The notes below the pieces were generated by a model. It worked only from the letters and a program-made list of their open reading frames with translations. It had not been told where the DNA came from and made no database searches. A stretch of DNA of 64,000 bases, from the NCBI RefSeq assembly GCF_004010195.1, contig NC_057758.1, positions 5,453,758-5,517,757 on the forward strand. The letters run 5' to 3'. The position numbers were made by a program, and so were the translations under genes. Positions 1-12,379 of this stretch are shown one piece after another; within the stretch, counting starts at the first letter, position 1, and every line of letters starts with the position of its first letter. The stretch is from Chiloscyllium plagiosum (Eukaryota).

Positions 1-959
1 CTGCTTATAACTGAGAGGTTTGACGAACTGCAATATTCACCGTACGCCTATTTAAAACCACTAAAAATGTTAGCGTCCGGACCACATGTTTGAAATGTTT
101 AGTGGGGTTCTGGCCTTATCCATCACAATAGTATCGATCGTAAAATTCCATATTTTGTAAAGGCCAGTACAAGATGCTGTGTTCATATTGTGATTCGATT
201 TGACTAACAGTAGGCTGTAAATCAAACAGCCTTAATTCTTGATACACAGTAACGATGCAAGAAAAAAAAAAGAATGAAATACATTTAACTCAATTCGAAT
301 ACGAACCAAATAATACACTTTCAAATACTAATCATCAACTTTACAATTTCGATAGCATCTCATAAATACACAGTTGGCCACGTGCTGTCTCTCTCCAGTC
401 CAGAAGAAAGAAACTATCAGCTCCTTTCATTTGTTAAGAAGACTCCTCCCTATTTAAGACATTCCTCCAGCAGAGAACGCCAGTTTTTCAGTTGAGTAGG
501 AGCATAAACTTCCGCAATAACTGAAGCCAATTCTAAAATGAGCATGGGGGTGTAAAAAGAAACTCTGACCATCCGTTCCATTCACATAGCTAATAATTTT
601 GAGTCTTTCGTCAGTGTGCCAGCCATCTTTGACGTTCAAGAGAAGATCAACCAAGGTTGTCCACACTCCCTTCATACTCTTGCTCCATTTGTCTAACCTT
701 AAAAAAAATACCAAGCGATAACTCCAGGCCGTTTAGGAACTGACGGTCTGAACCAAACAAACTAGCACGACTGTGTCAAGACCTCGCGGTAATAGCAACA
801 GGAAAGAATGGATCTCTCTTAAAATCACAGGACTGTCACAGAAACAACGATCGTCGGGGCACTTTGATCACTGTGCCCAGTAAACTAAAACTCCATCTTT
901 CAGCATGTATTCTATGTCTGTGTCAAAGAAACGTTCCGCTTTTCCACAATGATTGTGGC

Positions 960-3900
960 ATTTCTGTCTATTAGTTTGTGGTAATTACTCACTGTCGACT
1001 ACCTCCCAAGTGCCAGGAAATTGGATGTCTCTGATCGAATCGAGAAGAATCTGGACGGGGAGGTTGAGTTGGCAGAGGTTGTGGTGCACAATGGCACCGG
1101 TGACATAGCTCGGAAAGAAAGGATGAGGATCTAAAAAGTGATTTCAGGGAGTTAGGTTTGAAGTTAAAAAACAGGCGGAGCAGAAAGGTAATCTCATGAT
1201 TACTACCAGTGTCACGTGCTAGTGAGGCGAGGAACAGGGAGCAACTGCAGCTGAACAGTGGTTACAGGGCTGGTGCAGAAAGGAGGTCTTCAGGTAGGTA
1301 GGTGATTGTAGTACCTTCTGGGTAAGGTTAGACCTGTACATCAAGGACGTGCTGCCCTTAAACTGGAGGGACACAAATACCCTGGGTAGGAGATTTACTA
1401 TAGAACGTCTGGACGGTTAAAACTCGTTTGGCAGGCAGATGATAATCATAGCAAAATAACAGAGGAGAGGAAAGTTGTTGAACGGGCAGAAATAGAATGC
1501 AGAGAGTCTGTTAGGAAGGATACGCAACTGATAGGGAAAAATAAAGCTTGGTTAAAGTGCGCCTGCTTCAATTCAAGGAGTGTCAGGAATAAGAGTGATG
1601 AAAATAAAGCATGGATCATACTTGGAACTACAATGTTGTGGCCATTACAGAGACATGGATTTCACGGGGTGTGGAGGGGGAATGATTGCTGGATGTTGCA
1701 TGGTTTAGTTTTTTATAAAAAAGTCAAGGAGAGGTGTAGAATAGCAGGGAAGTAGCATTGCTAATTGCAGATGAGAATGCTGTTGAGTGGGGGGGGCGGG
1801 GTTGTCGACTGAATCAGTATGGATGGACTTCAGTAAGAAGAAAGGAGCAGTCTCTTTATTATGTGTTTTCTGCAGACCCTCCCAATAGGACCAGAGGGAT
1901 GAAAGAAGAGATTGGATAGCAGATACTGGAAAGATGCAGATGTAAAAGAGTTGTTGTTATGGGTGACTTCAACTTCCCCAATATTGCTTGGAATCTCCTT
2001 CGTGCTGATGGTCTCGATGGAACCGATTTTTGCAGGTGTGTCCGGAAGGATTCCTGACTCAACGTGTCGATATGTGGACAAGGGGTGGCCATATTGGATT
2101 TGGTTCTTGGGAACGAGCCAGCCAGGTCTCAGATCTCTCGGTGGCAGAGCAATTCGGTGAAAGTGGCCACAACTGACTCGCCTTTACAATAGCTGTGGAG
2201 TAGGCTAGGAGCAGACAGTATGGGAAGGAACATAATGGGGGATGTGAAAAAAATGTGGAGGCCGTTTAAGAAACCCTGATTGTGAGTTTTCAATAACATT
2301 GTCCCTCTGAGACAGGCAAAGAATGGTAAGGTGACTCAGCTATGGTTGGCACGTGAAGAGGAGCTTCTCGTTAAGAGGAAGGAGGAAACTTACTTAATAT
2401 TGAAGAAGAAGGCACTGGCAAAGCTTAAAAAGGTTACAGGGTACCTCGCAATGAAACCAAAACTTGACAGAGGTGAGCTAGGAGAAGGCACGGGCAAGCC
2501 TTAGTGGGACAATTGCGGGAAAATGCAACTTCATTCTACACTTACGTGAGGAATACCAGAAAGACCAGAGAGAGTGTCAGGCCTATCTGGTATCGTGGAG
2601 AGAAATTGTGCTGTCATGATGAAGACGAAGGCTTCTCTCGAGATGAGATGTGAAGGCTTGTTACGGCGCTTCAGAGTTACAAGGTAGCCATCAAGGACAA
2701 AAACAGAGAGTTAGGAAGGGCCTGAAGGGGACATGAGGAATCTTTGGCTGGTAAAATCAAGGAAAACACTAACGATTCCAAGAGATAGGCCAGGAATAAA
2801 AGAATGGCTAGATTAACTTTGGGGCCAGTCAGAGACGCTAGTGGGAAGTTGAGCGTGGAGTGTGAGGAGATAGCAGAAGCACTAAATGAATTGTTGACGT
2901 CAGTATTTACACTGGAACATGACAATGCTGTCGAGGAGAATGCTGACATACAAGCTATTAGACAAGATGGAATTGATGTTCATAAGGAGGAGGTGTTAGC
3001 ATTTCTGGAAAGTGTGAAAATAAATAAGTCCCCTGGGCGGGACGGTATTTATCCGAGAATTCTCTTGGAAAAACGAGAGAAGATTGCAGAATCTTTGGCT
3101 TCGATATTTATGTTATCATTTTCTACACGAAGACTGCCAAAAGTCTGAAAAATAGCAGACGTGGTCCCCTGTTCAAGAAGGGGAGTAGAAACAATCCTCA
3201 TCATCATCGACCAGTAAGCCTTACTTCGTTTGCGTGTAAAATGCTGGAAAGGATTATTATAGATAGGATTTATAATAATGTAGAAATGAATAATTTGGAT
3301 TAGGGATCGTCAACAAGGTTTTGTGAAGTGTAGATAGTGCCGCATAAATCTTATTGCCTTCTTTGAGAAGGTGACCAAACAATTGTCTAAGGGCAAAGCG
3401 ATTGATGTTGTGTATCTGGATTTCAGTAAAGCGTTGGATAAGGTGAATAGTGGTGAAGGGTATTGTAGGTTACAGAGGGACCTAGAAAAAAACGTAGATC
3501 TGGACCAAGCCGTGGAAAATACACTTTAATTGAGAAAAGTGTGAGGTGATTCACTTTGGAAGGAGCAAGGCTCGAAGGCTTGAAGGCTTGAAGGTTAGAA
3601 AAGACTTGATGTTAAGAAAGTGAATATGCTGTATATTTTGGGAAGCATCTAGGTAGATTAATCCCCAGAGCCGGACCTGGTAGATCCAAGGTTAGTGTGG
3701 GAAGTGAACAATGATATTGTGGTGCCATTGGTAATGACCTTTGCATCCTCGGTCTCCACGGGAATCGTACCAGATGATTGGGGGAGGCGAATTTGTTCCT
3801 CTATTCAAGAAAGGGAATGGGAAAATCACTGCGAATTACACACTAATTAGTCTTACGTCGCTGTTAAATAGGTTACTGTATAAGATTCTGCGTGATAGGG

Positions 3901-5090
3901 TTTATGACTACTTGGAAAAACAGAACTTGATTATAGACAGTCAATACGGCGTGTGAGGGGCAGATGATGCCTCAGAAGCCTTATGGATTTCTTTGAGACT
4001 GTGATGAGACAAGTTTTAAATGTCGAACAGCGTAAGCCTTGTATATGTATTTCAGTCGGCATTTGATAATGTTTACCACGTTAGGTTCATTTAGAAAATT
4101 AGGAGGAGTGGGATAAACGGTAGCGTGGCTGTCTGGATACAGAACTGGCTGGCCAAAAGAAGGCAGCGACTGGTAGTAGATGGGGGATATTCTGCTTGGA
4201 GGTCGGTGACCAGTGGTGATCTGCAAGGATCTGTTCTTGAGTTTCTGCTCTTTGTCATTTTTATAGATGACTCGGAAGTGGAAGGTTGTGTTAGTAAGTT
4301 TGCCGATGACACAAACGTTGTTGGTTTTGTAGATAATGTTGAAGGCTGTTTCAGGCGAAAAAGAGACATTCACAGGATGTAAAGCTTGGCTGAGAAGTGG
4401 CAGATGGAGTTCAACGGAATGACCGTAAAGTGATTCATTTTGGAACGTCGAATTTGAATGCTGAATGCGGGAGAAAGACAGAATCTTTGGCAGTGTGGAG
4501 GAACAGCGGGATCTTGGGGTCCACGGACATATGTTGCTGTACAAGTAGATAGGTTCATTAAAAAGGCTTATGGTGTTTTGGCTTTCATTAACAGCGGGAT
4601 TGAGTTTCAGAGCAGCGAGGCTTTGCTGCAGCTCTATAAAAGCTTCGTTAGACCACATTAAGAATGTTATGTTCAGTTATGGTCACCTCACCATCGGAAG
4701 AATGTAGGTTTTATCGAGAGTGTGCAGCGGCGATTTACTCGGTCGCTGCCTGGATTGAAGGGCTTGTCTTATGAAGGGAGGTTGAGTGATCTGGGGCTTT
4801 TCACTATTGAGTGAAGAAGGAAGAGAGATGAATTGATAGAGGTGTGCAATGTAATGAGAGGAATAATTAGCATGGAAAGCTCGAGACGTGTCCTGAGGAC
4901 AGAAATGGCTGCCACGTGCTGTCATATTTCGAAGGTGATATGAACAGGGTATCGTGGAGATGTCAGATGTTGGTTCTTTCGGCAATGAGGTTTTGGTGCA
5001 TGGAATGGATTGCCAGAGGTGGTAGTAGAGTCAGAAACAGTAGGAATATTTAAGCGACTGCTGAACAAGCACATTGATGGAATTAGCAAC
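960..5090 (+). mobile_element. Decayed, near full-length (composite) CR1-type LINE: ORF1 esterase-like region, ORF2 endonuclease and RT, 3' region
   Basis: VVHxGTxDI-like motif near 1080; MGDFNFP endonuclease motif near 1960; KSPGRDGIYPRIL in ORF 2804-3148; WRSVTSGDLQGSVL..FVIFIDD..SKFADDT in ORF 4125-4382; LYKSFVRPH near 4640. Many stops and frameshifts; the pre-RT segment appears twice (~3000-3440 and ~3640-4080). Confidence 0.88.
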
Positions 5091-5399
5091 ACAAATGAAA
5101 TTGCCAAAAAGAATTTCAGGTGACGAACAGGAAAAATGATGCCCAACGTCAAAGCGTACAATGGGGAGGAGAAAGTGAGGACTGCAGATATCGGAGCTTA
5201 GATTTACAATGGCATACAAGTTTTCTAAAGCATGAATCCGCCTTTTAGAATCATACGACTGAGCTTAGCAGGGCAGGGCGAGGAGAACGGCGGAATCAAC
5301 AATTCTTCTTACTTGTTGCTGGTCGCTCAAGTGTGGGCTTAGTTGAAGAGTGGGATTTACCGAGGAGAGTGAGCAGTGACGAAATTAGAGCTCTCCTGA

Positions 5400-5630
5400 G
5401 TCTGGTTATTTTCAAAGGGAAGATATCGGCTGCAGTTGAACCGAATTATTCTACTGTCAGATGTGGGAGATAAAGGAGCAATCGAGTGCCTCTGACTACT
5501 ATGCTGCAGGAGGCGTGTCCGTTTGCAGATTCTCACAAGCTGGTTGAAACAGCAGATGTGTACGCTGAGGGGCAGATGGGAGGCAGACAGCGTGATAGAT
5601 AGTATCTTCAAAGAAGTGTTTACATCTCAA
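5400..5630 (+). mobile_element. CR1 ORF1 N-terminal fragment (Cys-rich/coiled-coil region), degenerate
   Basis: Degenerate C..DY.CRR C.RLQIL-type translation, recalled as typical of vertebrate CR1 ORF1 starts. Confidence 0.45.
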
Positions 5631-6499
5631 GTTAAATAAGTTAGAATATTAATTCATTTGCAGGATTTGGGCAACCCTGGCTGTCCAGCATTTATTGCCC
5701 ATCCCTCCATGCTCTATGGAGGGTGATGTGGGTTGTCGTTTTGAAACGCTGCAATCCATAAGCTATAGCTTCACTAACAATGCCATGAGACAACGAATTC
5801 CTGGGTGACTGTCAGAAGACGTAGGCAGGGAATATAGGTGTCGTCCTTCTCTCAGTCAGGTATAGCGTTTTGGACACCACCAGGCAAAGATTGCCTCCCA
5901 GGGGAAAATAGCAGCAATAGCCAGTTTTGGGTAACTACAACTGGCTCTGTAGTAAAGTAGACTGAGAAAGTATAAGCAAGCAATTGTTCCAGGTGAATGA
6001 CGTGGGCACAAACAGGCATGAATGTGAGCTTGAGTGAGACTTCAGGATGATGTGCTGTTTCTCTGGTGCCAGTTTTAAAAGATTCACATAAATCTTTCTG
6101 AAATTTCTCAAAAGGGAGCTTGAGCAACCAATGGCCATTGCACACATTGATCCAAATGAGGTAGGTAGATCATCACCATTGGGGATGACTGGCTTCCACT
6201 CTCCAGGTGAGTCCATACGTGGCTGCACAGAATTTCACAGTATTGTTACACTTGGGATCGTCACGCCAAGGAATGGCTGTGGCATTTGTGTGGCAGTGTG
6301 TTATTAAGACTGTTGTCACCTGGCTTCCACTCCCACCAGTAGTCACTAGCGAAGTGTTTGATGCCTGTTTGGATGCACTTCTTCCACTTTGTATAGTCTT
6401 GGACCGAGCGTTCTCAAGTGTCTTTGGGAATACCACACTTCACTAGTGAGGCCTTGAGAGTATGGTGGAAGCCTTTTCTCTGTTCATCTGTGGCACTGC

Positions 6500-7010
6500 T
6501 GTCGTTTTGAAACCAAAAGTAAATAGCAGCTTAAGGCGTCCAGTGTCAGTCATGTGGATGAGGTGTCCAGACCATTGTAGCTGATCAAGAGTGATCAGTG
6601 CCTGGATGCTGGTGAAAATGGCCGAGTCGAGGACACTGGTGTTCTTGTGGCGTTCTTGCCAGCGTATTCACTTGATCTTAATCAGACAGCATTTGTAGTT
6701 CTGCTCCAGCACTTTCTAATGTCTGTTGTCAGTAGTCTACATCTCAGAACCATATGAGACACTGGAAGCAACCATAGCTCTGCGAATGATGATCTTGCTG
6801 CCGGATCTGAGGTTGGTGTTCAGCAATGATGTAACCTTCACCGGCACTGTTTAAAGCAAGAAATTGGTCGGTTTTGGAGCTATTTGACGTTGCAACCACT
6901 TGCATGTCATCGGGAACAGGCGAGGGATGGTGACAATCTACCTGGTGCAACCAACGTTGATGAGAGTTATTGCTTCCCGTTTGACATTCCTGAAGGCCCT
7001 TGCAAAGTTA
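6500..7010 (-). mobile_element. RTE-clade LINE fragment (post-RT C-terminal region)
   Basis: Minus-strand translation includes SYGSEM.T..RH.KVLEQ, IRWQERHKNTSVL and QLQWSGHLIHM, all RTE-like motifs. A short + strand copy of part of it lies at ~7230-7300. Confidence 0.65.
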
Positions 7011-7315
7011 AGTAGATTATTTTCTCTGCAGATCTCTTGTGGCTGGCTGATGTTGCATTTCATGCCCGTATCCATGTCACGTCGCCAACTAGTGCTATTA
7101 GCTGCAGTTGCAGATGATGCGTGCGGTCCAGGGGACGCCTAAATGAAGGTTGACCACGACCAATAGCTCAGGAGTTGCCGATCATGAAAGAGATCCGGCA
7201 TCATTCGTGCACGAGTGCAGACTTCCATCGCGTGAGGAAACGGCTGTTTGAGGACACCAACATCAGATCCGGCAGCAGGATCATCATTTGCAGAGCTCTG
7301 CCCACATTTCAGAGA

Positions 7316-7920
7316 CTAACTAATAAGGTCACTGCCGGATGACCCAAATGTGTTGAGTACATTGATGACCTCGTAATTTTTAGTCACTCATGGAACAAAT
7401 TCTAGTTCTCACTCATTGTGCCGAATTTTAGGAGTGTAGCTGCTCCACTCGCTAAATTATTAAAGAAAGGCAAGAAGTTTCAGTGGACAGCGGATGGTCA
7501 GAAGGCCTTTGACAGCCTGAAAGCTGTTAACAGATGTCATGGTATTAGCCACATCTGATGAAACCAATAGATGCCAGTGATGTGGGTATGAGTGCTGTGC
7601 TGCCGCAGGAAGATGATGAGAAGTTTAGAAGGATCTATTGGATATTTCTCCAGACAAATGTAATGCTCATCAGCAAAATATTCGATGGTTGACCAAGAGA
7701 CTTTAAGCTTGCTAATGTCACTGCAACAGTGTTTATAGTACCAGCAATGCACCTGAGACAATCGTACACACTGATCAAAACACATTGAAATTTGTGGAGA
7801 AATTTAAGGACAAAAATGACAGAGTGTTTAGATGCAGCTTGTTCTTACAGCCATCCAATTTCAACATTATGCATGTGGCAGGTCGATCAAAACGTGATCT
7901 CTGATCCATTTTCAAGGCTC
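7316..7920 (+). mobile_element. Ty3/Gypsy LTR retrotransposon fragment (RT end + RNase H)
   Basis: EYIDDLVIFSHSW near 7355; PNF..VAAPL..LLKKGKKFQWT near 7420-7490; IDASDVG..AVL near 7568; ends with HVAGR..NV-type motif near 7870-7900 with no integrase after it. Confidence 0.8.
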
Positions 7921-8365
7921 GAGTGATAATCAGAGACATTCAGTGGTTTGAGTATCACAGACAGAATCTGAATGTATTTGTTCATGTTTGCTTTTGTATA
8001 GTCAGTGCAATGTGTATGTGTATATTAGAGTATTAACCAATTTTGAAGGGGTTTTAAAAATGAAGCCAGCTTTGTATATGTATGGTTGCTGTTTTTGACC
8101 TATAATGCACAATGTCCAGTATATCTCCAGTATTAGAAACAGCTAGGAATATAATCGCTTAAAGTACACATGAACGTACACACTTATATGCATGCATAGC
8201 CACAAATTAAAATAATAATACACACAAGAGCAGTCACAAGTTCATATTTAATAATGACGTCAGCTCTTTTCTCTCCTTACAGATGCTGCCAGGCCTGCTG
8301 AGTTTTTCCAGCATTTTCTCTTTTGGTTTCAGATTCCAGCATCCGCAGTAATTTGCTTTTGTCCA

Positions 8366-10680
8366 GACTTTGTAATCATTGACTTTGCGATAGTCCACAC
8401 ATAACCGGCGGATACCAGCTAGCTTTCCATATCATTACTGTCACTAAGCTCGAGTCCCTGCAAGTCATTTTGAGTTTGTTGCCTTGGGGAACATATTCAA
8501 TCGTTTTTTTCAATCTGTGACATCTTTAGAATGTTAAGTTTATTAGAATGTTTCTTATTTGGAGCAGCATTTCCTATACCTACATCATGCATAATTAAAT
8601 TACTACTTTCCTGTCTATTCCCACGTATCTCCACGTGCATTAGTGATAACTCTTTCAGATCATTTCAATTTTCCTCTGCAAGACAACTTAATACTTTATC
8701 CAATTTTTGATACCTTCCCCATTGTCCAGTTTAATTTGAGGAATGCCAAATTCAGAATCGTCTGAACTTGGTTCTGGTCTCTGCCATATTCAGTAAACAT
8801 TCTGCTTTTCCGTTCCTTGTCTTTCAAAATAACTTTAGTGCATGTTCACATGATACACAGATTTCGTTCTGTCTGGAGTCCTTATCAAATAGTTCACCTC
8901 ACCCAGTCTCCTTTCGACTTGATAATGTTCACTCATCCTTGCTTTTTGCTGTTCGCCCAACAATGGAAGCAACACTAAAACTTTGTCTCCATTAGCAAAC
9001 TTACCAGTTTTTTATTTCTTATCTGCTTCCAGTTTCATGATATACTGCGATAGTTGCAAATGTTGTCTAGCCGATTCCACTGCTCTAATTAACCAATCAT
9101 AAAATTGGCACGTAGTTGAAAAATGTGGTCTACCTCAAAAATTTCTCCTTAATTAACTTTAGTGGTCCTCTCACCTCATGCCAAAAAGGAGTTGAATTCG
9201 ATTGAGTTTGCTCGATTCATTTGGAGCATGTGTATTGGCAAAAAGAACATAATTATTTTGCTCCAATTATCTGGATACTGTTGAGTGCACGCCTTTAACA
9301 TGTTGTTTCAACTTTGATGCCACCTTTCTCCCTGCAGTTCTGCATATTACGATTGCATCTGGATTGCTTTATTCCTAAACTGTCCATAACTTCCCTGAAT
9401 AATTGTGATCGTATATCTGATTGGAACTCTGTAGGGAGTCCGCCTGTCATGAAACATTTGAGCAATTCTTCTATCATCCTTTTATGTATGATATTGTGCA
9501 ATGGAATGGCCTCAGGAAATCTAGTGGACACATCTTATTGGTAAGAAATACTAATTTCCTCTTTTTGTTGTACAAAGGGATTTTACACAATCCATGAAAA
9601 CCATTGTTAAATGTGCCCCACAGGGTAGGACAGCGGGCTACCCGATTAAAGATGTTGACTTTATTACTATTTCCGTTTTTCCAATGTGTGATATGTCTGG
9701 CAAGATTCAACTGCATTATTATGCCGTCCAGGTCAGTAGATATTTCCATCCTATTTTAGTTTGAGTTTGGTTATCCCTAAATGACTTTCTACTGGTAATT
9801 CATGCGATAGCCACAGCACCTCCTTTCTCTAACCCACTGGTAATGCAACTTGATGAATTTCTACCCATTATTCATATGCCTGAACATGTGATGGTTTCCA
9901 TTTTTTCAACCAGATATCATTTTAAACATAGCAACATTCAGGGACACACTCAGTATCTTTTTGTGTTTTTCGTTTTTTTCATATAATTAATACAAATTTC
10001 CATCCTTCTGTTATTTTAGTCAGTTACATTCTCTAAGCTAAAAGTATGCACTTTGTCCTACACCTGTTCATGCTTTGTCCCAACCAGTTGATCGAACATG
10101 GTTTCTGACAATGCCATTTCAACATCTTCATCAGTCGTCTTTGATTGCTCCTTGTTTTATTTTTCAATTGGTGACTTTGTGACCTTTTTATCACACAGTC
10201 AGATAATTCCCAGAATATATTTCCTGCAACAACCTTTGTTGGCCGTATTTTACACTGGTGTTTCAACAACGGGGGGTAGCACTCCTGCCCATGACCAAGC
10301 TATTTCCTTACTAAGGACGAATTGTATTCCTGGTGTTGAGATTTTTTCCAATACGCCTGCCACCAGTGATCCACTTTTAATTGGACCCTCTACCTTCACA
10401 GTACATCTTGGAACACTTTTTTGTCTCAATATTAATTCCACATACTGCCACATTTTCTGGCAATAATCCTTTTGAGTTACACATGTCAGCATCTCTCAAC
10501 ATGAAAGATTAACTTGATCCTGTATCTCTTAATACTGTATCATCTATCGGCTGTTCCTGACTTATGTGAGTTAACCTCACCTTCGAACATAAATGGTTTT
10601 CGACGATCTGGCACTTCTTCCTTACCCAATGTCGACGACTTTATTGCAGTGAACACATCGGAGCTATTTTACATGGACCT
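8366..10680 (-). mobile_element. Ty3/Gypsy (Gmr1-type order) pol remnant, copy 1: zinc knuckle, protease region, integrase, RT N-terminus
   Basis: ORF 10250-10492 (PGIQFVL..EIA), integrase core ORF 9295-9531 (TRFPEAIPLHNI..GLPTEFQSD), then RT start near 8370-8470. Colinear paralog of 13155-15470. Confidence 0.82.
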
Positions 10681-11040
10681 GCTTGAAGTCTAAAAAATTA
10701 TGATAGGTATAGAGAAGGTGGAGAGCAAGGAGCTTTTTCTTCCCCAGAGGTGGGACCTCAATTATTGGGGGTTACGAGTTCAAGGTGGAGGGAAAGTGTT
10801 AAGGGTGTTATGCGTGGAAGAGTCTTTACGCAGAACATGGAGGGTGTCTGAAACGCTGTGACAGCGGAGGTGTTGAGAGAGACATGACAGTGTGATTTAA
10901 GATGTATCGAGATACACATACGAATGGGCAGAGAACAGAAGGATGCAGATCCTTCAAAAAGAAGTGACAGGTTTAGGTAGAGGATCTGGATTGTCACGGG
11001 CTTGCAGCCTGTTCCTGTGCTGACATTTTCTTTGCTCTTA
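10680..11040 (+). mobile_element. CR1-type LINE 3' fragment
   Basis: Typical CR1 3' end sequence (FKVxG..F..FTQxxxGVW-type translation, then a 3' UTR-like tail). Confidence 0.6.
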
Positions 11041-11801
11041 CCACTTTTGAAGCGGAAAAAAAAGCAGAATTTAGAATAACTTAAGTATAGGAAAATTTGC
11101 ACGATTTGGTGCATCAACCTAACTAAGGCCTGTTCCAATTCAGTATCAGCCCATATACCCCTTGGCAAAAATGAAAATTGAAATGTAGATTCTTATAGGC
11201 AGGAGGGAATAACATGCAAAGAGATGTCTGGTAAGATTACAGCACCCGAACCTACATCACTTGCATCAGTAGACCTCTTGAACGGCATTGCAAAATTGAA
11301 TTAAAATGAATTGAATTGAATTGAATTCAATTTATTGTCACGTGCGCCAAGTCACAGTGAAAAGCGTTGTCTTGTGAACAATACAGGCAGATCACAGAGT
11401 GAGCATAGAGAGTAAATAACAGGTAAACAGCGGCCAAAACAAAACACAAGTACAGGCAAAGGTTAAAAGTTTGTGAGTCCATTTGGTATTCTAACAACAG
11501 TAGATTAGAAACTGTTGTGAAACCGACTTGTGCGTGTGTTCATGCTTCTGCACCTTCACCCCAACGGTAGCCGTTGAATATAANNNNNNNNNNNNNNNNN
11601 NNNNNNNNNNNNNNNNNNNNNNNNNNNNNNNNNNNNNNNNNNNNNNNNNNNNNNNNNNNNNNNNNNNNNNNNNNNNNNNNNNNNNNNNNNNNNNNNNNNN
11701 NNNNNNNNNNNNNNNNNNNNNNNNNNNNNNNNNNNNNNNNNNNNNNNNNNNNNNNNNNNNNNNNNNNNNNNNNNNNNNNNNNNNNNNNNNNNNNNNNNNN
11801 N

Positions 11802-12378
11802 GGGGTGAAGGTAATAGGTCATAGAGGAGGGTGGAGTGGATAGGTGGAAATGAAGAGAGGCAGGTAGGACAGGTCATGGGGACAGTGCTGAGCTGGAAGG
11901 TTGGATCTGGGGTGAGGTGGGGGAAGGGGAAATGAGGAAACTGTTGAACTCCACATTGATGCCCTGGGGTTGAAGCGCTCCGAGTTGGAAGATGAGGCGT
12001 TCTTCCTTCAGGCGTCTGGTGTTGAGGGAGCAGCGGTGAAGGAGGCCCAGGACCTCCATTTCCTCGGCAGAGTGGGAGGGGGAATTGAAATGTTGGGCCA
12101 CAGGACGGTGTAGTTGATTGGTGCGGGTGTCCCGGAGATGTTTCCTAAAGCGCTCTGCAAGGAGGCGTCCAGTCTCCCCAATGTAGAGGAGACCGCATCA
12201 GAAGCAAACGGATGCAATAAATGATATCAGTGGATGTGCAGGTAAAACTTTGATGGATGTGAAAGGCTCCATTGTGGCCTTGGATGGAGGTGAGTGATGC
12301 TGCCTGACCTGCTATGCTTTTCCAGCACCAGTCTAGTTTAGACTCTGGTTTCAGCATCTGCCGTCCTTGTTTTTATCC
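11802..12378 (-). mobile_element. Penelope-like element fragment, GIY-YIG endonuclease C-terminal region plus terminal-repeat remnant
   Basis: FTCTSTDIIYCIR...YIGETGR..AERFREH...AQHFNSPSHS...EERLIFQLGALQPQGINVEF across ORFs 12145-12357 and 11874-12101 and their flanking sequence. Confidence 0.85.
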
Positions 12379-12379
12379 A

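Noticed and set aside
1..900. Possible LTR or regulatory sequence at the window start
   Set aside because: No paired LTR, PBS or other diagnostic motif could be confirmed from the sequence alone.
960..5090. Possible active or domesticated LINE ORF2
   Set aside because: Numerous stops and frameshifts; only short ORF fragments remain.
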